From the IMG/VR virus record IMGVR_UViG_3300046733_001096, positions 14,947 through 78,946 of that record: a stretch of 64,000 nucleotides of DNA, one strand, 5' to 3'. Positions 54,629 to 62,978 of the stretch are shown one piece after another. The position numbers and the translations under genes are program-made. Position 1 is the first letter of the stretch. Each line of letters begins with the position of its first letter. The notes beneath the pieces are model-generated. The model was not told the DNA's origin. It made no database searches and saw only the letters and a list, made by a program, of their open reading frames with translations. Source of the stretch: a virus.

Positions 54629-56050
54629 TCAAGTTTCATCAAAAGCGGAACGACTTTTAGTTTTAAGCATTGCTCTAAGTGAACTTGCAGCCTGTGTCTT
54701 TTCAAATACGGGGGTATCATCATCTTCTGATTTATTTAGAGTTGTTTTCTTTCTAAGTTGATCAACAACACTTGTAGTACTTCCACTATTGCTTGGGGTA
54801 CCAACACCATTACTATCTTGATCTGGATCATCTGAAATGCGTAAACTATCTCTATCAAATAATAAACTTACTTTACTACCTACACCAGAAGATGAACGTG
54901 TTTTCAGTAGTTGTAATTGATATTGACCACGTTCACGCATTGCATTTGATGTAAAGATACCGATAACATTATCCGCTGTTTGAATTTTACTAATACCACC
55001 AGCAATATGAGAATGATCAAATTCAATTTCTTCAACCGCACTACGATTTAACTGCGATGCAGTCACAGTAACAGTCTGAGTTTCCATAGAAAAGTTACGC
55101 ATTTCTTCTGTAACATATTTGTCTTTGGTGAAGGTATCACCTGCAGGTACTTTTTTAGTTGCGGGCATTAACAAATCTAGATAGTCAATACACATACAAT
55201 CAACTGTTTTGCCAGTTTGTATCTGAAGTTCTTTCAAGTAAGACCGTAGATCATTGATTGTTGAACCACTCGGAAGATACTTTATACGTAGCATACCGGA
55301 CTGTTTGCCTTTCGCTTTAACTTGTAGTTCAACATCGTCTAGGTCTTTAAAAATGCGTCTAGTACTGCGGTCCGTCTGCATTGCATACATACGCATACTT
55401 GAAAGTTCCTCGGATAACTCCAATGTGAAGTAGACACAATTCAACCCAGCCTCCGCCCAATTCAGGCTCATATTTTGCATAAAAAGGGATTTACCTGCCC
55501 CGGAGCCGCCTGCAAAAATCGTAATCTCCCCACGATTAATGCCACCATATAACTTATCATCAAGAGATTTCCAACCAGTCGTAATCTGACCATTGTTGTC
55601 TTTCATCCGTTCAAGCACACCTCTAGGATCAGCAAAATAATCTGTTCCTAAACTACGTGCCAGTCCAATTTGAACAGCCTCTTTGATTCTAAGTTCTACT
55701 TCACCGTACTTGCCAGTCTCAAGTAAATCTGTGCTATCGATAATAGCCTTCTCAATAGCCTTGTGACGGCAAAATGTCTCAAACTCATCTACAAACCATT
55801 CTTCATGCTGGGTTATGTTGTCCAACTTCTCAATATCTTGCCCCGTTTCTGCCTTAATAATTGCAGTATCTGGCAGTGTAGAATAATCTTCACTATAATC
55901 AATAAGTTGTTTGACCACAGGACGAACACTGCGGTCGAAATATTCAGGCTTGATAATCCCTCTGATCCTAGTATATAGTTCAGGATTAGTAACCATGAAT
56001 TGAATGAATAGTTTCTGTAAGTCTGGGCTATAATTTTTTACTTCTGACAT
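54629..56050 (-). CDS. replicative DNA helicase (DnaB/gp41-like, SF4)
   Basis: TGW..LD..LYGG, GGSGAGKS, TLELSE, IDYLDL, ASQLNR, KIQTAD, KTR. Confidence 0.93.
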   Translation of the reverse strand: MSEVKNYSPDLQKLFIQFMVTNPELYTRIRGIIKPEYFDRSVRPVVKQLIDYSEDYSTLPDTAIIKAETGQDIEKLDNITQHEEWFVDEFETFCRHKAIEKAIIDSTDLLETGKYGEVELRIKEAVQIGLARSLGTDYFADPRGVLERMKDNNGQITTGWKSLDDKLYGGINRGEITIFAGGSGAGKSLFMQNMSLNWAEAGLNCVYFTLELSEELSSMRMYAMQTDRSTRRIFKDLDDVELQVKAKGKQSGMLRIKYLPSGSTINDLRSYLKELQIQTGKTVDCMCIDYLDLLMPATKKVPAGDTFTKDKYVTEEMRNFSMETQTVTVTASQLNRSAVEEIEFDHSHIAGGISKIQTADNVIGIFTSNAMRERGQYQLQLLKTRSSSGVGSKVSLLFDRDSLRISDDPDQDSNGVGTPSNSGSTTSVVDQLRKKTTLNKSEDDDTPVFEKTQAASSLRAMLKTKSRSAFDET

Positions 56051-56056
56051 TTGTAT

Positions 56057-56085
56057 ATTATATCATTTCTCTGTATAAAGGTCAA
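56057..56085 (-). promoter_or_regulatory. sigma70 promoter, 6 nt from -10 to ATG (leaderless)
   Basis: TTGACC-N17-TATAAT-atacaa-ATG. Confidence 0.7.
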
Positions 56086-56090
56086 CACTT

Positions 56091-56957
56091 TTAATCAAAC
56101 AGTGCTGGATTTAAATTATTTTCTTCTTTTTTACGCAATCGATCACGCTTCCAACCTTCACGCTGCTTTTCTCTTTTGGCAAGTTCTTCAGCAGATGGTG
56201 CTATAGGATCTGGGTCAGGTAATACTTCTACTTCATCAAGTGTTGGTAAGAAAGTATCATATGCGTTTTTATTCATTTCAAACCCAACAAATTTTCTACC
56301 ATATCGCAATGCAGTTCTAGGCGTAGTAAAGCCACCACAAAATGGATCCATTACTATATCACCACGATTACTACTATATAATATAAACTTTTCAATCCAA
56401 TCTTCATTTAGTTGGTTCTTGTTTTTAATTTGTCCAGGTTTATGACTACGCGGCATTGTCTGTACTGTCAATCGGTCATGATAACTATCTTTACTATCAG
56501 TGTAATAAGCATTGGTATTAAATGTACGCTTTTGCTTGCTTGTTTCTGGCTTTGACCAAAACAAAACATGATAGTGACTACTTACAAATTTGTTTTTTGT
56601 TGATACACCAAAACTATATTGTGCAATAATATGATTAATTTCTTTTAAGTCAGTTGAGTGTAATGCATTAAGTATATGATGCAAATTTGTATAACCACTG
56701 ACAATATACATGCTACCGCCCGGTCGTAAAACTCTTGCACATTCTGTGATCCATTGCTTAGAAAAATCACCATATGTTTCTAATGGAACTTCTACATAGC
56801 CAGGAACTACATTGCCTTCATCACGATTATAATGTGTGTCAAGTTTATCACCCTCAATACCATACGGAGGATCAGTAAATATCAAATCTACTGTTCCATC
56901 TTCTATATGTTCACTGATGCCACTAGTGCAATCTTGATTATAAACTGTATGATTCAT
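56091..56957 (-). CDS. DNA N6-adenine/N4-cytosine methyltransferase (beta class)
   Basis: DLIFTDPPY precedes VMDPFCGG..T. Confidence 0.9.
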   Translation of the reverse strand: MNHTVYNQDCTSGISEHIEDGTVDLIFTDPPYGIEGDKLDTHYNRDEGNVVPGYVEVPLETYGDFSKQWITECARVLRPGGSMYIVSGYTNLHHILNALHSTDLKEINHIIAQYSFGVSTKNKFVSSHYHVLFWSKPETSKQKRTFNTNAYYTDSKDSYHDRLTVQTMPRSHKPGQIKNKNQLNEDWIEKFILYSSNRGDIVMDPFCGGFTTPRTALRYGRKFVGFEMNKNAYDTFLPTLDEVEVLPDPDPIAPSAEELAKREKQREGWKRDRLRKKEENNLNPALFD

Positions 56958-57004
56958 TTACTCTCCTTAATATTTGATAATTATACTATAAATCAAATAA
57001 AATA

Positions 57005-57706
57005 TCAAGCATTTTCTATACTTTGTTTCACTGATTCAATTACCGCACGTTGTGCTTTACGTTTTTCATCTTTGTAATTAACTTCAACTAGTTGCGTATT
57101 TGAAATTTCTTCTGGTCGAAAAATAAACTCTAGTGCATCAAATGGAATATGTGCTTCAATACCGTCAGAAACACCAACCAAATACGGTTTTACATCCTCT
57201 GAACTAATAATTGCAATTGCATTTTGCTGACCAAGCATATAAAAATCAGCAGGGTTTTCAATTGTAGTGCCTTTGTTTTCGCCTAAACTATTTTTTAATT
57301 TTACTTTAACTGTCTTTTTTTGATTGTTACGTTTGGTAAACATACCGTCAGTCATATATTTAAATTCGATATCTAAATTTTCTACGATATCTCTATGGTC
57401 CCTACCGATATCATCAACCCAAACTAGTCTCCCATCTGTTGCTGCTTCAACTGTTTGTTCGATTATATCTGCTTTATCAAATCTATCTTTGCGGTCATTC
57501 AGTTGTGATCCTAAACTATATACAACAGAACTATATACTTGTGAATTAATTATTGATTTTAGTTGAGTAGCATACGTAGAAGTTTTCATTAAAGTGTTTC
57601 CTAATATTTCAAAATGTCCCCAATAGTCTTCTGGTTCTACTTGAGTTTCGTCAATGTCATTAAAGATATCCAACAAATCGGCTCTCTGTTTGTTTAACTT
57701 ATACAT
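57005..57706 (-). CDS. putative PD-(D/E)XK restriction-endonuclease-like protein (true start probably downstream of 57706)
   Basis: GRDH...DIEFK motif; adjacent to the methyltransferase. Confidence 0.45.
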   Translation of the reverse strand: MYKLNKQRADLLDIFNDIDETQVEPEDYWGHFEILGNTLMKTSTYATQLKSIINSQVYSSVVYSLGSQLNDRKDRFDKADIIEQTVEAATDGRLVWVDDIGRDHRDIVENLDIEFKYMTDGMFTKRNNQKKTVKVKLKNSLGENKGTTIENPADFYMLGQQNAIAIISSEDVKPYLVGVSDGIEAHIPFDALEFIFRPEEISNTQLVEVNYKDEKRKAQRAVIESVKQSIENA

Positions 57707-57708
57707 TC

Positions 57709-57737
57709 TTTATATAATGATTCGTATTGTTTGTCAA
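57709..57737 (-). promoter_or_regulatory. sigma70 promoter with embedded CGAATCA
   Basis: TTGACA-aacaataCGAATCAtta-TATAAA. Confidence 0.8.
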
Positions 57738-57762
57738 GCAAAAAGAGCGCCGAAGCGCCCTT

Positions 57763-57978
57763 TTATTTTCCTCTACCAAATCTGTTTGCTGGTCTATAAA
57801 AAATCTTTTGATTATGAAATCTTCCTAGCAAATCACGAATTTCTTTCAACTCTTGTGCTAGTTTATCATCATGTTCTTCCATTAAACGTTTTGCCCTTCT
57901 GGAAACTTTTGCACTTAGTGCGTTTTCTATAATTTCTAAATCCCTAACTGATAACTTAAAATTTTCATTTGGTTTCAT
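57763..57978 (-). CDS. hypothetical protein
   Basis: MKPNENFKLSVRDL..IE.AL...LLG..HNQK.FYRP. Confidence 0.7.
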   Translation of the reverse strand: MKPNENFKLSVRDLEIIENALSAKVSRRAKRLMEEHDDKLAQELKEIRDLLGRFHNQKIFYRPANRFGRGK

Positions 57979-58082
57979 AGTCCTAAACTCCACATCCAAA
58001 TCGGTATAACAACTACATGTAATACAACACACAAGACAAGCATTAATATAACTATTTTATAATTGCCTCTGTCGCCGTGCAT
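57975..58082 (-). CDS. small single-TM protein (35 aa)
   Basis: Manual translation MHGDRGNYKIVILMLVLCVVLHVVVIPIWMWSLGL; coupled by TAATG and ATGA overlaps. Confidence 0.6.
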   Translation of the reverse strand: MHGDRGNYKIVILMLVLCVVLHVVVIPIWMWSLGL

Positions 58083-58489
58083 TACGTTCTGTTTCCTCGC
58101 AGAGCAAAATACATGCCGCCTACCCAAAGCAATACGTGAAAGTTGTCATAAAGCACTACATCCCAGAAACTTTCTGGTTCGCCTGTCCATATAACACCTG
58201 TCATAATACTGGCAATAGTAATACCACTGAAACGTGTAATAACATCACCAAACTCTTTTAGTCGTTTTACATAGTCTGATAGGCCGCCGACTAATAATCC
58301 TGCGGCGGCTCCAAGTTCTCCTATTACAACAAACGACCAAACTAATAGTGTAAGTTCTACTGGCGAGTCTTCTATATTGATTGGCCACTTGTTCATTCCT
58401 TGCTGAAAAAATACAACAATAAGTGGAATACGAAGTAGCCAATGAGTCATACAAAACTCTGGAATTTTGTTTACAAAGTTTCTAAACAT
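58082..58489 (-). CDS. DoxX family membrane protein
   Basis: LLRIPL..VF..QG..K, GELGA..GLL.G, TR..G. Confidence 0.75.
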   Translation of the reverse strand: MFRNFVNKIPEFCMTHWLLRIPLIVVFFQQGMNKWPINIEDSPVELTLLVWSFVVIGELGAAAGLLVGGLSDYVKRLKEFGDVITRFSGITIASIMTGVIWTGEPESFWDVVLYDNFHVLLWVGGMYFALRGNRT

Positions 58490-58492
58490 AAC

Positions 58493-58909
58493 TTATAACT
58501 CTGCTAACAATGCCTTTAGTTTTTTCTTTGACTTGCCTTTTACTTTGGCTTTAGATACATCATTGTCTCCGTCACCTACAACAACAATAGCAATCATGCC
58601 CATTGACTTGTGTGGTGAACACTGATATACATAGACTCCTGGTGTATCAAATGTAATTTCAACTTCTTTGTTGAGTTTTGATTTACGTGGTGCTTTCCAA
58701 CCATCTGGGCCCGCAATAAATTCTACATTGTGACCTTTTGATGTTGGTACCCAAGTAATTGTGTCGCCAACTTCGATACGTGTGATATCTTCTGAGTATA
58801 CCATCTTTGCGCCATCATCGCGCTTATTTAACATTTCTACTGTTGTATCTTCTGCATATGCATTAGTAGCAAATAGTGCCACGACTGCTGCAACGATTAA
58901 ATTCTTCAT
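58493..58909 (-). CDS. pseudoazurin (blue copper protein)
   Basis: Signal peptide, VEMLN, GHNV, C.PH..MGM type-1 copper ligands. Confidence 0.92.
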   Translation of the reverse strand: MKNLIVAAVVALFATNAYAEDTTVEMLNKRDDGAKMVYSEDITRIEVGDTITWVPTSKGHNVEFIAGPDGWKAPRKSKLNKEVEITFDTPGVYVYQCSPHKSMGMIAIVVVGDGDNDVSKAKVKGKSKKKLKALLAEL

Positions 58910-59011
58910 TTTTTCTTTCCTTTACATTATAATAATACTTATTAATAATATAGTGTATAATTATCAAAATTCAAGTAAAACACATGCGATAAAATGTAGC
59001 ATTAACATATT

Positions 59012-59698
59012 TTAATATGTTTGAATAATTTTATCAGCAATTCCATGTTTAATTGCTTCTTCCGGTGTTAACCACATATCACTTTCTGGAAGCAAGTTTT
59101 TACGAATATAACTTTCTGTTTTGCCTGTGCATTTTTTATAATGGTCAAGCATACGTTCTGTTGATAATTCAAACTCTTTAACGATTGACATTAGTTCGTG
59201 TTCTTTGCCTTTTGATCCCCAACTATATTGATGTGACATTACACTAGTATTCTGAGTTAGATACCTATGACCTTTTTCACCTGACATCATCAGTAGAACA
59301 CCGCAACTCGCAATCATACCCATTCCATATGTATATACTGGAATTGAACTTTGTTTGATTGTATCAATTAGATGTAGTGCGCTATTTACTGCACCACCGG
59401 GAGAATTAATATAAAGATGAATTACCTCAGGTTTTTGGCCTTCGGGCATCATATTATATTCCATAATCATTTTGACTAATGGCATACAATTTTCTTGATT
59501 AAATTCCTTATCCATGAATAAAACGCCGTTATCGTATAGTATTTCACCTGGCTTTTTTGGTTGTACAGGAGGCTGCGGCATCTGCATTTGAGGTGGCGCC
59601 GGTTGCTCTTTAGGCGATGGAATTACTTTTGTTTCTACTGCTGGTTTCTTCTCTGGTGCCTTTTTAGTTGTTTTCTTTTTGACTGGATTCTTTGCCAT
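59012..59698 (-). CDS. clpP: ClpP-family protease proteolytic subunit
   Basis: LYINSPGG, IASCG (Ser), MSHQ (His), ESD.WL.PEEA (Asp). Confidence 0.88.
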   Translation of the reverse strand: MAKNPVKKKTTKKAPEKKPAVETKVIPSPKEQPAPPQMQMPQPPVQPKKPGEILYDNGVLFMDKEFNQENCMPLVKMIMEYNMMPEGQKPEVIHLYINSPGGAVNSALHLIDTIKQSSIPVYTYGMGMIASCGVLLMMSGEKGHRYLTQNTSVMSHQYSWGSKGKEHELMSIVKEFELSTERMLDHYKKCTGKTESYIRKNLLPESDMWLTPEEAIKHGIADKIIQTY

Positions 59699-59716
59699 GT
59701 ATTTGTATTTCCTATA

Positions 59717-60718
59717 TTATCCTAAACGCATTTTTACGTTAATTTTAGTACTATTACTTATCTTACTATCAATTATACTCTTTAGAGTATATAACTTACC
59801 ATATTTATTCACTGCATCAGCAGCATCTTTTATATCATCTTCCCATCTTGGGAAACTAACACTCCAACCGTTTTCAATAGCCTGTTTAATTAATTTTTCG
59901 CCAGCCTTATCCCTGTCAGGGCTTAATATGATATCACCTTTAAATAAGTTAATATAGTCTATTTGTTCTTTACTTGCCTCATTACTCATTATAGCAACAC
60001 CATCTAATGCTGCTGCATCAAACACTCCTTCTGTTACTATTAAATACTTACGTCTACTCTTAATAACATCAATATTATAGATGAAGTCTTTAGGTGTCTT
60101 CATCATATATTTTGAATCTGCTTTGCCAGTATAGTCTCTGCCAGTATACCCTACTATACGTTCACCTTGATAGTATGGAATTATGACACGCTGCCTGAAT
60201 ACTGGATGTGGGCTCCAGTATATATTACTTAAATGATCATATAGTCCACGATCTATCAAGTATTTAGCACCTAAAATTGCTCTTTTATCGGGTGCATCAA
60301 TTTGTAGCACATCATCTAGTAGCACACTACCTTCAGGGAGTTCACAATCTTTGAATTTAGGTATGACTGTGTTGGACTTTTCACTAGCAAATATCATTGG
60401 TCCTTCTGCTAATTCTTTATCTCTGATTGCTTGTAATTGGATACGTTTAATATCGCTATCTGAGATTCCTAAATTACGCATTAGCAAAATCATTTTTTTA
60501 TTAATGACTCTGCCCAACTTATGTGATGCAGTAAATCCACAATTAAAACAATGATATGAAATACTTTCATCATCGTTGCGAATACCACCACGCAGCCTTG
60601 TATCATTACGTGCTTCGCCGTTATCTATACAACAAGGACAGTTGAAAGATAACCACCCACCGGATGATTGTCGCCTCTTATGCGGCAAATGCGAATATAA
60701 TACTTGCTGTAGATTCAT
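59717..60718 (-). CDS. DNA primase (Zn finger plus TOPRIM)
   Basis: CPCC..HCFNC, RVIIP, GYTGR, VTEGVFDA, PDRDKAG, KDAAD. Confidence 0.9.
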   Translation of the reverse strand: MNLQQVLYSHLPHKRRQSSGGWLSFNCPCCIDNGEARNDTRLRGGIRNDDESISYHCFNCGFTASHKLGRVINKKMILLMRNLGISDSDIKRIQLQAIRDKELAEGPMIFASEKSNTVIPKFKDCELPEGSVLLDDVLQIDAPDKRAILGAKYLIDRGLYDHLSNIYWSPHPVFRQRVIIPYYQGERIVGYTGRDYTGKADSKYMMKTPKDFIYNIDVIKSRRKYLIVTEGVFDAAALDGVAIMSNEASKEQIDYINLFKGDIILSPDRDKAGEKLIKQAIENGWSVSFPRWEDDIKDAADAVNKYGKLYTLKSIIDSKISNSTKINVKMRLG

Positions 60719-60724
60719 AAGTTC

Positions 60725-60753
60725 ATAATAAACTATAATACAATAATTGTCAA
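60725..60753 (-). promoter_or_regulatory. sigma70 promoter, 6 nt from -10 to ATG (leaderless)
   Basis: TTGACA-N17-TATTAT-gaactt-ATG. Confidence 0.65.
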
Positions 60754-60767
60754 GTATTATTTAAAAT

Positions 60768-61703
60768 TTAAATCCACTTTGAAATTCTACGACCGCCCAT
60801 TGGATATACTCCAAATCTAGCACCTTTAATACCAAAGTTATTTCTATCTTTTGAGTATCTTACCATTAATACTGGTTCAAATTCGCCTTCAAGTCTTTCT
60901 TTATTTGCATGAGATGAACCAGTTGCAACAAGTTTATTACCATCAAATTTTGGTTCGCCCTGTAATACCAAATCAACATTTTGCGGTCCTGGGTCACCGC
61001 CCCATCCTATACCATAAATTGCAATGCCTCGTAGTCTACCATCTGTTAGTTTTCTAGCAAATGTTGCGCCTTTAATCATTTGTCCATCAGGTGATATATC
61101 TCTAACTGCCTGTACAAATGAATCTATTTCTTCTTTAATACTTGGTATACGTTTATAAACAACCGCAAGTTCTTTATCTGAAACTCCGCCCCATTGTCCA
61201 AAGTCTTTTGCTTTAGAACCTTTTTTATGTGAAACCCAAGCAACTGCATTGCCACTTGCGTCAACTGCATGAAAATCTGATTTAGGAGTACCTGGAGTAG
61301 AAACAAACTTGGCTACCGATACAGTCCTATTACCAATGACAAGATCAATTTCTGCATTGTCTTGTTTCATCTGTTCTAGCATTTTATTTATTGTTCCAAG
61401 TGCAGCATCTTCATCACGTGTGGAGAACCCTGTGCCTCTGCCACCAAACTCACCAGTTTTTTCTAAACCTGAAAGTCTAACTGTACGCCCATCCTCTAGT
61501 TCAAATGTATCAGGAATAATACCATTTTTAAGATTATCTATAACTTCAGAATTCTTCTTAATCACAACCGATGGCTCGCTTTGCCCGGAAAGAACAAAAG
61601 GCTGACCTTTTTCAATCTTAGAAATCAATGTTTGTAATCTATTAGGATTAGCTTTTAAGTTTCCTTTTACAAGAGGTCCTTCGTGTAGTTCACTATATTT
61701 CAT
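60768..61703 (-). CDS. putative PD-(D/E)XK-type nuclease, putative packaged protein
   Basis: MKYSELHE leader; KTGEFGG; E...PKSDF...VSHK...QWGG. Confidence 0.55.
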   Translation of the reverse strand: MKYSELHEGPLVKGNLKANPNRLQTLISKIEKGQPFVLSGQSEPSVVIKKNSEVIDNLKNGIIPDTFELEDGRTVRLSGLEKTGEFGGRGTGFSTRDEDAALGTINKMLEQMKQDNAEIDLVIGNRTVSVAKFVSTPGTPKSDFHAVDASGNAVAWVSHKKGSKAKDFGQWGGVSDKELAVVYKRIPSIKEEIDSFVQAVRDISPDGQMIKGATFARKLTDGRLRGIAIYGIGWGGDPGPQNVDLVLQGEPKFDGNKLVATGSSHANKERLEGEFEPVLMVRYSKDRNNFGIKGARFGVYPMGGRRISKWI

Positions 61704-61716
61704 TTGTATCTCTCTT

Positions 61717-62541
61717 TTAATTTCTCAACATTACTTTTGATATAGAACCGCTCGTTGCAGTATATGAAATTCTTATCCAATTTACATTAGCATTTACCAT
61801 ATATGCTTGAACACCGGTTTCATTATTGACTATAATATTTTTGTCATAAAATAGATTAGGAGTAAGATCGAACCAATCTGTATCATTCATCGATGGTTGA
61901 ATTGAAAGATCGCCTTGAACATTCACTATTCCTGTCATACCATCAAAATATAATGCGATTGTATGTAGTGATTTAGATTTGATAGTGTTTCCACTTCCAT
62001 CAAATGTAGTAGTTGTAAAGGTTGTGACTTCTTCGCCATTTACAGTTTTAGTAGTAGGAAAAAATGTGGTCGTTTCTTGTGAATCTTCAAATTGTGGATA
62101 AATGTCATCGATTATTTCTATTGTGCCTTTAGCATTGTCATATGTATCAGTGTAAATAATTTGCTCGACACCATTTTCTACAGTATACATTGCAAACTGA
62201 TAGAAGCCTTCTGGTAGCATAATAGTATCAGCAGTAGTAATAACGAGTGATGCCATCCCTTTAGTTGCATTTGTAATGTCCAAATATCTGAATAAAACAT
62301 TCTCACGACTTTCTCTGTCATACATTTTCCAGATAATAGTTTTCCCACTCAAATCAATTGATTTTCTATCAGTGTCTTTTATCTTAAATCTAAGAGTATT
62401 ATCAATACCCTTGTGTAATTTGTGGTGTCCATCATACATTGGCATATTCCCTAGGTAGGTTGTCGCAGCAGATGTGCCAGTTTCATCTAAGCACACTACT
62501 TCTATTTCTCTGTTATACTGCAATACATTAAAGTTAATCAT
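61717..62541 (-). CDS. putative virion structural protein (BppU-like N-terminal domain)
   Basis: KLHKGIDN.L.F...D.K..DL; start MINFN just after a late motif. Confidence 0.55.
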   Translation of the reverse strand: MINFNVLQYNREIEVVCLDETGTSAATTYLGNMPMYDGHHKLHKGIDNTLRFKIKDTDRKSIDLSGKTIIWKMYDRESRENVLFRYLDITNATKGMASLVITTADTIMLPEGFYQFAMYTVENGVEQIIYTDTYDNAKGTIEIIDDIYPQFEDSQETTTFFPTTKTVNGEEVTTFTTTTFDGSGNTIKSKSLHTIALYFDGMTGIVNVQGDLSIQPSMNDTDWFDLTPNLFYDKNIIVNNETGVQAYMVNANVNWIRISYTATSGSISKVMLRN

Positions 62542-62591
62542 ACTTGTATTTATCTTCCAGGACACCTAATTTAAATCATATAAATATAATT

Positions 62592-62978
62592 ATGGATGAT
62601 AAAAAAATAGAATGGATACAGGAAAATTACCCGTTTTTCTCATGTGTTCGTTATGGAAAAAAAGAATTTAACGAATATCTGGGAATTGTTATTAACACTG
62701 ACAATGTAATTACTTCAATGTATAATTGGGAAGCAATACCGACACCAGAATTAAAAAAACAGTTCATTGAACTGGGCGAACAATGGTGGTGGGAATCAAA
62801 TAGACTAATCCCCATCAATCTATTTTTGGGATCTCAAATAGCACCATATAGAAGCTGGATTTTAAATATGAATTCTAAGGATGTACAAATAACGTGGGGA
62901 CCCGAAACGAGTTTAAATAATATTGTACAAAAAAGAATTAAACGGCGGTCAATTCAACTTGTTCGCAAATTAGATTAA
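62592..62978 (+). CDS. conserved phage hypothetical protein
   Basis: YPFFS...EYLGIV.N...WWWESNRLIPINLFL; start after TATAAATA. Confidence 0.75.
   Translation: MDDKKIEWIQENYPFFSCVRYGKKEFNEYLGIVINTDNVITSMYNWEAIPTPELKKQFIELGEQWWWESNRLIPINLFLGSQIAPYRSWILNMNSKDVQITWGPETSLNNIVQKRIKRRSIQLVRKLD

Noticed and set aside
57704-57706. ATG start of the nuclease-like ORF at 57706
   Set aside because: Lies only 2 nt after the -10 box, upstream of the expected TSS; a downstream start is more likely
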